Of a DNA stretch of 64,000 nucleotides, positions 13,141-28,100 are shown in pieces. The DNA lies in contig NC_042999.1 of the NCBI RefSeq assembly GCF_006345805.1, forward strand, positions 160,890,001-160,954,000. Reading direction: 5' to 3'. This DNA is from Octopus sinensis. Taxonomy: Eukaryota. How positions within the stretch are numbered: position 1 is the stretch's first letter; every line of letters begins with the position of its first letter. The notes under the pieces are model-generated. The model had not been told where the DNA came from, searched no databases, and worked only from the letters and a program-made list of their open reading frames with translations. Position numbers and translations under genes: made by a program.

Positions 13141-16100
13141 ACAGTTATGTACTTACACCAGGTTTACACCCCCACTAACTCATACCACTACACTTCTGCA
13201 CTTGCACTCCTCTATACACATATTGCAGAAAGCTACACACATCCTTATATCCATCTTAAAATGTGGATATACAATCACACAGACACAGTCACCCCTCCTC
13301 CCTTCCTAATTTGACCCATAAAACAGCATTTCCACCTGACTCCTAACCCCTCAACCATTTATTTCTTACCTTTCTTTCCAACCACTTTTCCTCCTTCTCA
13401 CTCCTACTCTACTTTTCTTCTGATGAAGGATATTGCCTTCCCCTCTATAACCCCTTTCCTGGCAAAGTTGAGTTATCTTGTCTTTGCCCAATTTTTCTTT
13501 TACAGAGTGTGGCGAGTAAACTTGTCCAAAATATATAATTTCAAAAACAGCAACAGACGAGTTTATACATCAATCCTTGGTTTTTACCTTCCCAGATGTT
13601 GAGCTCAGAAGATGACAATGAGTATGAACCTTCTATTAGAAGCTTGGGTACATCAGATGAGAGTGCAAGCTTGTCTGATAATGTCTATTCTCTCTCAAGT
13701 GAGGGGGAGGAGAAGGATAGACGAATTTGGTGCCGACATGTGGTGTCAGAAGAATGCATGCTTCCTCCACCACCACCACAATTCCCATTCACGGGAAATC
13801 CTGGAATACCAATTGATCAAGACACAGCTGATATGACTTCTTTGGATTTTTTCAGTCTTTTTTGTGACAACAGAATTATTGATTGAGTTGTGGATGAAAC
13901 TAACTGCTTTGCTGAACAAACTGGAAAAAGAGATTGTATGTGGCATGCTGTAACAAAGACAGAAATTTGTGTGATTTTTGCCTTGAAAATGCTTGGGGGT
14001 ATTGTGAAAATGCCAGATCAAGAAATGAACTGGTCGAAAGATGAAATACTTGAAAGACCAATTTTTTGGAAGCTGATCAGTTTGAAACACGATAATAAGA
14101 TAAAACAGTGTCTTCTTCATTTTGTGAATGATGAAACTTTTGATGCAGAAACACATCCCAACCTAAAACTGTATAAAGTTTATGATGTTTAGTGAGAACT
14201 TTATGAAGTGTTATACCCCTAACCAAGATTTATCAATAGACAAAGGCTTTATGCTGTTCAAGGGAAGGTTAGGATGGATTCAGTGCATACCTCTAAAAGG
14301 TAGGAAGTTTGGAGTGAAGTATTTTTTTTGTGTGAAGCAAAGACTGGATATGTGTATAGAGTAATCATTTATGTTGGCAAAGGAACACAGTTTGATTCAG
14401 AATATAGTGAATATCCCAGGAGTTCTCGTGTTGTGTTGTCTCTGATGAAGCCTTTACTTGGTAAAGGTTATTGTGTTACTGTGCGTAACTTTTACACTAG
14501 TCTGCAATTAGCTGATACTCTGGTTAGTCATGACACCGATATTTATAGAACTCTGTTTGAATAGAAAGAAAGTGCTTGAAGAGCTGAAAAGGGCAAAATT
14601 GAAAGAAAGGGCAAGTTGCAGCGTTTCAGAGAGGTAAGGTAACGACTCTTCGATGGAAGCACAAGGATGTTGCAATGCTTTTAATCATTCACAACTCCAC
14701 TATGAAGGATGTTGAGACAAGATAAGAGCCTGCGAAGAAATCAACAGTTGTATATGATTACAAATTTACAATGGGTGTAGTCGACAAGGTGGACCAACAA
14801 CTAGTAGATTATCCCATCACACAGAAATGGGGAAAGAAATATTACAAGAAAGTCTTCTTCCAGTTGATGGATCTTATGGTATGGAATTCTTACATATTGT
14901 ACAATGTAGCAGTCACTGAGGCAGGGAAAAATCCCCTCACACACCTAAAATTTCGTATGTAGATTATACGAGATATCATTGCAAAATATGGGGCAGATTT
15001 ACAATCTACTAAAGTAGTAAGGAGACTTTCGACTTCACCAGAACATTCACATTTTACACCAAGGCATTTTCCAATGGAAGTCCTAGCAACAGAAAAAAAG
15101 ACAAATCCAACAAGAAAATGTGCCATGTGTCGTCTGAAATGTGGCCATAGAAGGAAACCAATCAGGAAGGAATCATGATGTATGTGTAAACTCTGTAATG
15201 TACCTTTATGTGTAGTACCATGCTTTGAAAAATTCCATACCAAATAATCATTCATAAAATGCTAGAGAAAGTAAGATATATGGGAAGAGGTAAATTAAAT
15301 GATAAAATAAATACAGTATTTTATTTACATTTACTTTTGGTTGTGAAAATTGAAAAAAATAAATATATGAAAAAAGATTTTTGAGAAGACATGCTAACAG
15401 AATGAGTAAAATAGATGTGTAATTTCCCTTTACTTTGATAAAGTTGAGAAAACAAAGCAATAAATAAAAAAAAAAATATGAGAAGATGAGTTACATTTTT
15501 TTTGCTGAAAATGGTATCTTCAAAGTAAAATTTCAAGTAAAATATTGGAAATAGATTAAAAACTAAAGTTATTTCTATAATCAGCATTAAAAATACTATT
15601 TAAAAAAAGCAATAAAAAATTCGTCTGAAAATGAAACATTTTCTCCAAAAAAAGTTGCTGGGGAAGGGATTAGAGTGTTAAACTAATTCAAAATTTGTAA
15701 AAATTTGTCCCTCCTGTGCTGTCTTTTTTTTTCGTGTGTGTTTCTTCACTACATTTACAATATATCTTTTATCTTTTACTTGTTTCAGTCATTTGACTGT
15801 AGCCATGCTAGAGCACCACCTTGAAGGGTTTTAGTTGAACAAATTGACCTTAGGACTTATTATTTTTGAAGCCTGGTACTTATTCTATCGGTCTCTTTTG
15901 CCAAACTGCTACACTACAGTGCCATAAACACACTACCACCAAATGTCAAGTGGTGGTGGAAAACAAACACAAACACAGAGACACATGCACACATAGTTAT
16001 ATACATAAATATATACATACACACACACACACACATGACAGACTTCTTTCAGTTTTTGTCTACCAAATCCACTCACAAGGCCTTGGGTGGCCCAAGACTA

Positions 16101-19100
16101 TGGTAGAAGACACTTGCTCAAGTTACCATGCAGTGAGATTGAACCCTGAACCTTGTGGTTGAGAAGCAAGCTTCTTACAACACAGCCACACCTGTGCCTA
16201 TTATATATATATATATTATATATATATATATATATATCTGAAACCCCCTTCGGTCATGACACTAACCATGGGATTGCACCTAGAAAGTTACCCTCCCAGG
16301 CACAAGTCCAGGCAAGGTTGTTTATGGAAGACCAGCAGTCGCCCATGCATACCAGCCTCCCCTCTCCACACCACCAGTGTTATCCAAGACGAAGGCAAAG
16401 GGTGATACTGCTTGGCACCAGTGACATCACAACTCATTTCTACAGCTGAGTTAACTGGAGCAACATGAAATAAAGTGTCTTGCTCAAGAACACAACACAC
16501 AGCCTGGTCCGGGATTCGAGCTCACAACCTCATGATCGTAAGCTCGACACTCTAACCACTGAGCCATGCGCCTTCATATATATATACACACACACACAAA
16601 CAGGTTTCATTCAGTTTTCTACCAGCAAATTAATTCTGAAGGCTTTGATCAGGCTGGGGCTACATAAGAAGACACTTGCCTAGGACTGAATCTGAAACCA
16701 TGTGGTTGGGAAGCTAGCTTCTTAACCATACATGCATGCCTGCAAGTATGTTTATCATATAAATATAAATATACAAACACACATGCACAAACACATATAT
16801 ATGTACTAGCAGTATCGCCCAGCGTTGCTCGGGTTTGTAAGGGAAATAACTATATAAGCATTTTTAGAGAGTTACTTCCCTTATATAAACCGAGCAAAAA
16901 ATGCATTAAAAAAACGAAAAAATGATGGTAAACTTTTTTTAAAACCGTAGACTCATTGTAGATGCGTGCTAATACCCAGAAGGGCTCGATATGAATCACG
17001 ACTATAAGATACCGACTTTTAGTTAAACTGCACCGCAAAATGTGGGAGTAGTTAGTAATCTAAATCGGAGGAGACAGACTCTCACACTCACAACTTCAGT
17101 TTTATATATAAAGATATAAACCCAGACAAATGCACACAAAAGTGATAGGTTTCTATACTTTTACATACAGAATTACACAAAGATAAAGGAATTTCAAATA
17201 GAACATATTTCAGTTGAGTGAAGAGTTAGTGTAATGAGTGTAAGTCACAGTTTAGTATCACATGACATTAAGCACACACACACACAGACACACACACACA
17301 CAGACAGACAGACACACACACACACACAGACACACACACACTGTTGGAGACATTGGAAAGTAAAAAGTTGATGTGTTGCTGTATTATATTTTGTATTATC
17401 TCTGTAATTATGTTTAAGTTGTTGGCATTTAAATTTGGTTAAGTCTAGAAGAGACAATAACTGTTAGCATTTATTTAATCAAAATATAAGCGTAGTGTTA
17501 CCTGGATATAATTTTGTAATAGTTGTTACTCCAAGCCTTCAAACAATCGTCGCATCCTGGAGGTATATGGCCAATTATATGGACCTATAAACAGAAGAAT
17601 GGTAGTACAAGTGAAGTTGTTTTAACTGGGCATATCATCATCATCATCATCAGCAACAACAACAACGCTTAATGTCTATTTTCCATGCTGGCATGGGTTG
17701 GGCAGCTTGACAGGAACTGGAAAGGCCAGAGGCTGCACCAGGTTCCATGGTCAGTTTTTGCTTGGTTCTTGTGGCTGGATGTCCTTTCCTAACACCAACC
17801 ACTTTACAGGGTGTACTGAGTACTTTTTATGCAGCACAATCACCGGTGCTTTTTATGTAGTACCAGCACACACACTAATGCTTTTTATATGGCACCTTAG
17901 TTTTAGGATGTCAATTTTGTTGTGGTGGGTGGGTCTTCAAGAGTACAGGAATGCACCACATATCTCAATCATCTTGAAATGAAGAAATTAAACAAAGAGG
18001 TAAATAAGAGATTTTACTTACTTTTTCCTTTTTGTCTTCAGCTTTTTGAAGGACATTAATGAGCCATGATAGTTCATTGTTTGGGTCAGTCATATTAATC
18101 AGGAGCCACCTAACGACAAAAATGTATTTCAGTTAAAATTTGAACACTAAATATATCACAACAATGTCTTTCTATTATAGGAACAAGGCCTGAAATTTTG
18201 AAAGATGAAACTAGTTGATTGCATTAATCAACCATAAAAGGCAAAGCCAACCTTGGTGGAATCTGAACTCAGAGTGTAAACATGAAATGCCACTAAGCAT
18301 CTTGTCCACCATGCTAATGACTTTGCCAGCTGACCACCACCAGTTCTGTTGTCACTGTGAGACTATCTTCTCCTAATTCTTGCAGCAGATGTTGGATAAG
18401 GCTAACAGAAGATGATCTGAAAGTGACAACAGAATCATCATCATCATCATTATTATTATTATTGAGTGCATACCATCAAAGTGACACTGGGGTACAAATA
18501 TATGAAGCCCAGTATACCCATCATGACTACCTGTCTGATAAGGGTACACCAGGCACATGCATCACAACCATATGTGCACGGCATGGTGATCTCATATCAA
18601 GATAAATAGCACAAGACCTTGCAGGTGGGGCCCAATTAGAATTTTCTTCTGGTCAAGTAACCCATCCTGCTCAAAAGGTCCCTGAATAAGGGTTGTTTAA
18701 GGATGTTGAACGAAACACCCATGTTTCCAGAGGTGAATTATTCAAACCCCAATGAATCCCTCTCAACACATGGCTATGATGCTCCCCCATTATTATTATT
18801 ATTATTATTATTAATATTAATATTAATATTATTAAGGCGACAAATGGGCAGAATCGTTAGCATGCTGGGTGAAATGCTTAGAGGTATTTCACCTGCTGGT
18901 ATGTTCTGAGTTCAAATTCCACCAAGGTTGACATCCTTTTGGGGTCAATAAATTAAGTACCAGTGGAACACTGGAGTCGATGTAATCGACTAGTCCTATC
19001 CCCACCAAAATTTCAGGCCTTGTGCCTTTAGTAGAAAAGATTATTATTGTTATTATTATCACCTACATTGTTAACCTGCAGAAAAGTGCCATCCTGTATT

Positions 19101-19157
19101 TTGCAGGAAATTTGAGGAAGATTCTTGAGAGTAGCTTTGTTGTCATCAAACCTTTTC

Positions 19158-19189
<32 letters not shown>

Positions 19190-19736
19190 TATATATTTGT
19201 CCCCGTGTCACTTTGATGGCATGTGCTGTTCTCTCAATAATAATAATAATAATCTTTCCAGTCCACACTGTAAAGTAGTTGGCATTTGGAAGGGCATCTG
19301 GCTGTAAAAGCCATGCCAAAACTGACCTCGCCTGTGCTTGTGCTACATTAAAAGCACTAAATCCAGTCTGCTGGGTGGTTGGTGTTAGGAAGGTGTAAAA
19401 ACCCTGCCAAAACAGACACAAAAATCTGGTGCAGACTCCTGCCTGGCCGGTTCCTGTCAAACTGTCCAACCCATACCAGCATGGAAAGTGGATGTTAAAC
19501 AATGATGATGAGGATGATGATGACTATAGGTACAAGACCTGAAATTTTCTAAATGGGGCTAAGTCAATTACATTGACCCCAGTGCTCAACTGGTACTTAT
19601 CTTATCAACTCTAAAAGAATGGAGGGCAAAGTTAACCTCGGTGGAATCGAACTCAGAATGTAAAACCTGAATACTTACTGCTTACTATTTCGTCCAGCAC
19701 AGTAACAGTTCTGTCAGTTCATGGCCTTAATAATAA

Positions 19737-19767
<31 letters not shown>

Positions 19768-21303
19768 ATAATAATAATAATAATATGGCTTCAAATTTTA
19801 GCACAAGGCTAGCAAAACAGGTGATGATGGAAGCAAAGTAGGCCTTGAGGGAATCTGAACTCGCAATGTAAAGACAGACAAAATGTCGCTAAGCATTTTG
19901 CCTGGTGCATTAATGATTCTGCTAGCTCACTGCCTTATATTAATAATGATAATCCTTTCTACTATAGACACAAGGCTTGAAATTTTAGGAGAGGGGACTA
20001 GACGATTACACTGACCCCAGTGTTTCACTGGTTCTTAATCTATCGACCTCCAAAAGGATGAAAGGCAAAGTTGTCTGGTGCCAAGTCGGCTCCACTGACC
20101 ACAGCATTCAGTCCATTCCCCTCATGCTCTCACCATTCTCCTCCATGTTGTTCCAAACATTTTTCTCAAATTGTCTTCCCACCTGATTGGAGGTCTTTCA
20201 AGTGGTCTCTTCTGCTTACACGGGTACCACTTGACAACTGCATGGGTCCACCGATTGTCTGTGAACCTTGCGACATGACTGGCTCATTGTAACTTTGTGT
20301 GGAGGCATTCTGTGATGACATCCTTCACTCCAGTTCTATCCCTGATCACCTTGTTCCAGGTGTGATCTCTTAGTGAGATTCTCAGCATTGACCTTTCCAC
20401 GGCTCTCTGCGTTGTAAGCAGATGTTGTTGTTCTCTTTTTGTCAAGGCCCAATGTGAAGAAATTGCCAAAGTACAAGTGGAGAAATTGTCCAAGTACAAA
20501 AACCTCAAAATTGAAGTATTCAAGATGTGGAGCATGAAAGCGGAAACAATATCAGTAACAACTGGAGCATTGTGCATGATAAAAAAAACATATGAGCAAA
20601 AATGTAGATGCTATACCAAGATCCTCAACACTACATACTATCCAAAAAATAGCCCTGCTAGGAATAGCCCACATCCTACACAAGACACTATCAGTTCAAT
20701 AATACAACCTAAACAAAACAATCCACAAACACAAGACATTTTATACAGCAAATATCCAATGAAATAAACTACCACCAGCAAGTTAGATACCCAACGCATT
20801 ACACACGATACAAACACTAATACAACAAAAAACTGTACCACACCATAAAAAAACAGGAACTGATGCAATACAACACTGAGAAGAATTTGCACACTCCCAA
20901 CAACAGAAAAGAATACACAATGCTGCACACACCCTGGCAACAGGGTGGTGCAGCAGGTAATGCAGTAGAAATTGGTCTGAAACTGCCAAATCTTGAACAA
21001 CAATAGCAGTAATAACAGTAGTAGTAGTAGTAGTAATAATAATAATAAAAATAATAATAACAATAATAATAATAATAATAATAACAATAATAATGATAAT
21101 AATAATAATAATAATAACAATAAATAACAATAATGATAATAATAATAATATTAATAATAATAATAATAATAATAAATAATAATAATAATATTAATAATAA
21201 TAATAATAATAATAATGATAATAATGATAATAATAATAATAATATTAATAATGATAATAATGATAATAATAATGATAATAATAATAATAATAATAACAAT
21301 AAC

Positions 21304-21351
<48 letters not shown>

Positions 21352-22084
21352 TCACCACCACAATCATCATCATTTCATTTAGCTTTCCATTTCAAGGAAA
21401 TTTGCTAGCTTCCAACATATAAATACTGATGTTATCTTTCCTAACATAATATCAAAAAGACAGGCTGTTAATGATACAGCATAGATTCTATAAATAACAG
21501 ATGACTACTTCATTAAATCATCATGCAAGCTAAATTTTAATGAGAGGTGTTTAAAAACAGATATTTTTAAATCACTGAATCATTGAAAAGCATTGAATTA
21601 GTTTTATTTATCAAACTTGCTAATTAAAATTTTCAGTTTCTTGTAATTTTATTTGTCAATTTTAAACAATTAAATAGAAGTTACCAATTTAGATTGTTGC
21701 AGAAATTGGTATTAAGAGAGACAATTCTAAATCCAGGATATGGAGAAACTGTGTAGAAAGCACCACTGGAATAGAAAATAAAGATAAAATAAATATTAAG
21801 AAAGATTGTGCAAATTTTTGTGTTTACATTTATTTAAAGTTAAAATCTTTTATCTGTTCAGTCTTTAGACTATGGCCATGCTGGGGCCATTGCCGTGAAA
21901 AACTTTTACCCCCCAGTACTTTTTTTTCCCTTAATTTTCAAGCCTGGTACTTATTCTATTGGTCTCTTTTTGCTGAACTGCTAAGTTTCGAGGACATAAA
22001 CAAACCATCACGAGTTGCCAAGCGGTGGTGCAGGAACAAACACAGACACATACACACTCACACACACACACTCACTCACACACA

Positions 22085-22132
<48 letters not shown>

Positions 22133-22135
22133 TCA

Positions 22136-22188
<53 letters not shown>

Positions 22189-25100
22189 ATATACATGATG
22201 AATTTCTTACAGTTTCTGTCTGTCAAATCCACTTACAAGGCTTTGATTGGCCTGTGGTTATAGTAGAAGATGCTTGCCCAAGGTGTCACCCAATGGGACT
22301 GAACCTGGAACCACATGGTTGGGAAGCAAGCTTCTTACCACACAGTCACTCTTTTGTGTCATTTATCTACGAAAAAAAAAGCCTTCTTGAATTTTCTGTT
22401 TAAAAAAAAAAACTCCTGCTCTCTAATTTTCAAATAAATCTCATTTGGTAGAAGACATTTGCTCAAGGTACCATGCAGTGAGATTGAACCCTGAACCTTG
22501 TGGTTGAGAAGCAAGCTTCTTACAACACAGCCACACCTGTGCTTATTATATATATAATATATATATATAATATTTAAAAAAAAGCCTTCTTGAATTTTCT
22601 GTTTAAAAAAAAAACTCCTGCTCTCTAATTTTCAAATAAATCTCATTTGGTAGAAGACATTTGCTCAAGGTACCATGCAGTGAGATTGAACCCTGAACCT
22701 TGTGGTTGAGAAGCAAGCTTCTTACAACACAGCCACACCTGTGCTTATTATATATATATAATATATATATATAATATAAAAAAAAAAGCCTTCTTGAATT
22801 TTCTGTTTAAAAAAAAACTTCTGCTCTCTAATTTTCAAATAAATCTCATTTGGTAGAAGACACTTGCTCAAGGTACCATGCAGTGAGATTGAACCCTGAA
22901 CCTTGTGGTTGAGAAGCAAGCTTCTTACAACACAGCCACACCTGTGCTTATTATATATATATATATATAAAAAAAAAAGCCTTCTTGAATTTTCTGTTTA
23001 AAAAAAAAAAACTTCTGCTCTCTAATTTTCAAATAAATCTCATTTGGGAATTTTCATTAAGTTTTTTTGTTTTTTTTTTATGGAAGTGCAATAATTGTGA
23101 TGATGTGCAATATGATTAACCATAGAATTATTCAATATACTCTGCCACAGGTTTGTTGGTTCGGAAATTGGAGCTGCTTCTATTTCACATGTTAGTCACC
23201 GACATTCTTCATCATCATCATTGTTCGACCGTGGTCGAGACAATGGAATTTACCATGCTACGCCAGACTTCACGGTCCATCATAGCATTACGGAGGTCCT
23301 GTTGCTGGATGCCTGTATCCCTGGAGATTACATCAGGGTAGGAGGGTGTGCGCCCTCTGGTGTTGCGAGTAGATGGCTTCCAGAGGAGAAGAGTAGAAAT
23401 TACTTCTTTTTCAGCTCTACAACAATGTCCAGCAAACTGGACTCTCCTACCTTTCACAAGAGATGACACAGGTGGTAGTTTCCCATATATTTGCATTCTT
23501 ACTTGGCCCTACAAAGCCCCTGACCATCCTTTTCCAGTCATATCTTCTGCATCTTATCATTTTCTTTCCCAGCAGTGGACAACATTAAGCTAATTCTCTT
23601 TTCTTTAAACAGTAGGGTGTAATTCATGAGAGATTGTGCTGCTATTTCTATCAAATCAAATGTGCACATGAAGGATTCTTTGTTGCCTTGCATGTATATC
23701 AGTGTTCTCATTTGATATCTATATATATAAAAGAGAGGTCGTGTGCTGTCTGTCTGTCTCCTACGATTTAGATTCCTAACTACTCCCACATTTTGCGGTG
23801 CAGTTTAACCAAAACCGGGTATCTTACAGTCGTGATTCATATCGAGCCCTTCTGGGTATTAGTGCACGTCTACGATGAGTCTACGATTTAAAAAAAAATT
23901 ACCATCATTTTTTTCCATTTCAATGCATTTTTTTTGCTATTATATAAGGGAAGAAACTCTAAAAATGTCTACGATGAGTCTACGATTTAAAAAAAAATTT
24001 ACCATAATTTTTTTCCATTTCAATGCATTTTTTTTGCTATTATATAAGGGAAGAAACTCTAAAAATGTCTACGATGAGTCTACGATTTAAAAAAAAATTA
24101 CCATAATTTTTTTCCATTTCAATGCATTTTTTTTGCTATTATATAGGGAAGTAACTCTCTAAAAATGTCTACGATGAGTCTACGATTTAAAAAAAATTTA
24201 CCATCATTTTTTCCATTTTAATGCATTTTTTCGCTATTATATAAGGGAGTAACTCTCTAAAAATGTCTACGATTTAAAAAAAAATTTACCATAATTTTTT
24301 TTCATTTCAATGCATTTTTTTTGCTATTATATAAGGGAAGAAACTCTCTAAAAATGTCTACGATGAGTCTACGATTTAAAAAAAAATTTACCATAATTTT
24401 TTTCCATTTCAATGCATTTTTTTTGCTATTATATAAGGGAAGTAACTCTCTAAAAATGTCTACGATGAGTCTACGATTTAAAAGAAAATTTACCATCATT
24501 TTTTCCATTTTAATGCATTTTTTCGCTATTATATAAGGGAAGTAACTCTCTAAAAATGTCTACGATGAGTCTACGATTTAAAAAAAAATTTACCATAATT
24601 TTTTTTCATTTCAATGCATTTTTTTTGCTATTATATAAGGGAAGAAACTCTCTAAAAATGTCTACGATGAGTCTACGATTTAAAAAAAAATTTACCATAA
24701 TTTTTTTCCATTTCAATGCATTTTTTTTGCTATTATATAAGGGAAGAAACTCTCTAAAAATGTCTACGATGAGTCTACGATTTAAAAAAAAATTTACCAT
24801 CATTTTTTCCATTTTAATGCATTTTTTTGCTAATTTTTGGCTATAACTCTCTAAAAATGTTTATATAGTTATTTCTCTTACAAACCCGAGCAACGCCGGG
24901 TGATACTGCTAGTCTAAACATAAAAGTATATGCTTAAATTATGACAAAGACATTTTACATCCTGAAGCAATGGTCAGCCTTGTGGCTCTCTTGAGCATCC
25001 TTTTGATTGTCTTCTCAAAGCATCTTAATATTCTCTCCTCCATCATCTGTAACCATGTCTTACTTAGCTTTCCCTTTTATCTACTTCCTTTCACAATACC

Positions 25101-28100
25101 CTTCCATCCCTCCACTCACCCAGTCACTTTCATCCTTCCTTAGCACAATGACCCAACCAGCTCATGCCATTTTTCTTCACATCTGTCACTGGTTCTATTC
25201 CCATCATCTTCCACAATTAATTGTCATTTTTTTCAATCTCAGAGTTACTCCAATCATCCACAGAACAATTCCCATTCTCATTCCTTCCAAAATTTTCTGC
25301 TGCTTTGCATTCATTACTTATGTTTTGTTCCCATAGATCATTTATTTATTTATTTTTTACTAGCAGTATCGCCCGGCGTTGCTCAGGTTTGTAAGGGAAA
25401 TAACTATATAAGCATTTTTAGAGATGTAAAGTATAATAGCCATCTCAATATGGCTAACCACAAAGGGGGGGTGTTACTGTAGCTTTTTACATTCTGAGAT
25501 TTAATAATAAATTTTTAGAGAGTTACTTCCCTTATATATACCAAAAATGCATTAAAAATGAGAAAAAATGATGGTAAATTTGTTTTTAAATCGTAGACAT
25601 TTTTAGAGTTTCTTCCCTTATATAATAGCAAAAAAAATGCATTGAAATGGAAAAAGATTATGGTAAATTTTTTTTTAAATCGTAGACTCACCGTAGACGT
25701 GCACTAATACCCAGAAGGGCTCGATATGAATCACGACTATAAGATACCCGGTTTTGGTTAAACTGCACCGCAAAATGTGGGAGTAGTTAGGAATCTAAAT
25801 TGTAGGAGACAGACACACAACTTCTCTTTTATATATAAAGATTTTTGCTGCTTTTGTGGATTCCCATGACTCTCTGTGGCCATCCACAGCTGGATGCCCT
25901 TCTTTACAGAGTGTACTGGGTGCTTCTTACATGGCACTAGCTTTTAAGGTTAATTTCCATTGCATATTATTGAAGATAATTCTTATTAATAGATAGCATA
26001 ATTAACCAAATAAAGTCAAGCTGATTATTATATTGCAATCTCAATGTATGTAAATGGAATCTACAGTTTGTGCTTACTTTGAGATGGTACCATATGTGGT
26101 TTCAGGAAGCCAATTAGACCAACTCTCTTTGAGAGCAGAATACAACCAGTCTACAGAATTGTTGCCATAGATGAAGTGAGGTGGGAAGCTGCAAAGAAAT
26201 TGAAATACAGAAAATTTGATATAATCTGAATTATCACAGAAATTGTAGAATCAAAATACAAATACAAAGATATTATTGATTTCTACCATTGGTACAATGC
26301 CATATTTTTGTAAGGTTAGGGAACAATCACTTTAATTGCTCCCAGTACTGACTAGGTTCAAAGGCAAAGACTATATCAAATAATTTATAGATAACTGAAT
26401 TTAAAATAGTGAAATCTTATTTTTTATATCTGGATGTCTCCAATCTTTTGCACAATGAGGGCAACATTTTCTAAATGTAGTATGAATAAAGAGAGCAATG
26501 TAAATAATTTCGTAGTTCTACCACTGAATTTTTATAGTTTAAAGAAGAACAAAACCTGTTTCTTCTGATCTTCATGAATTCAACTTTTATTTTATTGTTT
26601 TTTCTTTACTGACATCTTTTTTTACTGTTTGACAAACATTGTCTCTATATTGATATTTGGTTTACTGAATAACCGTCATACAGCTAGGAGGCTGCTTACG
26701 GTGGATGTGACCAAGTGCTCATGTTTCATACAAGATAAAAAAAAAACTGCTTGTAAATGAAGGTCTTTCCAATGGCTAAACAATGATCTCTACTACATGA
26801 CAACTAAGATTAGAGAAACTTATTTCACAATAAAATGCTTAATTGCTATGTTGTTTAGAAACAAGGCAACTCTTTTTATGTATATTCAGGCCCACATTGC
26901 CAAATGTGTCCCTCTTTTTTTGTAGTTGATAGGATGAGATATTTGACTGCTATATCTAGTAGGACAAGCAATGATATAGGTTCTCTTATTGCAAAGTTTA
27001 TCAATATGGTAAAAAAAATATGTTTCATTGAAGTACTACAAAGTACCTGACAAACAGCAATGCTACTCTATATAAATTCTAACATTAAATCTTTTGTCAA
27101 AGGGGTAAACTTAGAAACACTAAGTATTAAAAAAGAAAAATTATTTGAATCTGCATATTTTAAAAAATATTTCAGACGTTTTTAATTATTCTTTTTTTTT
27201 TGTGCATAAAATTCTTGATGCAAACATCAGCTTTAAATTTGAAATAATTAATAAAAGAGATCTTTTGGTGGTTGCAATGATGCTTTATTCAATTCTCATA
27301 TAGTTTTTCCCTATGATGTCCTTGCTAGTTCAGAGTTTTATGCAACATACTACCAATTTGAGCATCATCATCATCATCATTTAACGTCTGTTTTCCATGC
27401 TGGCATGGATTGGACAGTTTGACTGGAGACTGGCAAGCCAGGAGGCCACACCAGACTCCAATCTGATCTGGCAATATTTGTATTCATCAATTCAGAATTT
27501 TCCCACAGTTGCTTATGAAATGTTCAATCTATCTATCATTTTATCTTTCTTTCAAACTAGGCTTCTTAAAGGAATACTTTATTGATTTTAAAATATTGAG
27601 GAACATCATTAATCCATGAAAAACTAATGAATCTAGTCTTTCAGTTCCTTGTAGCAGTCATACCTAAGACCATGCTGGAACACTGCATGATTTACTCCTG
27701 AGATTTTTAAAAGATATAAATATGCAGTATCTCCTAGTTATATAACGACAGTTTGTTACAAGTAGATAGTTTGCAGAACCCACCTGTTAACTGGAGAGCT
27801 TTCATGGTTGCCAACAACAGGAAACATGGGTTTATTGGGAAGGTACTTCAAGAAATACTGGGTCAAGATATTGATAACTTTCGTTTGATCACTTCTTGAT
27901 TGGTTCCAGATGTTGTGTGGAGGCAGGTCACCAGTCCAGATAATGTAATCAAACTAGAAAAATAAAACAGAATTAAACTAAGACAGTGATTACAAATGTA
28001 AATGGTATAAAATTAAGTAACTTGAGTCTGTATGCATGTGTGTATGGGCTGTTAGCACACACATACACATATATACATGAAATTGAGCAGCTAAGCCAAG

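Noticed and set aside
20638-21351. Long poly-Leu/Ile/Asn/Tyr ORFs
   Set aside because: These are translations of (AAT)n in several frames.
23875-24846. Repetitive ORFs [11 protein letters not shown]...
   Set aside because: These are read-throughs of the Helitron internal satellite, with frameshifts caused by homopolymer length variation.
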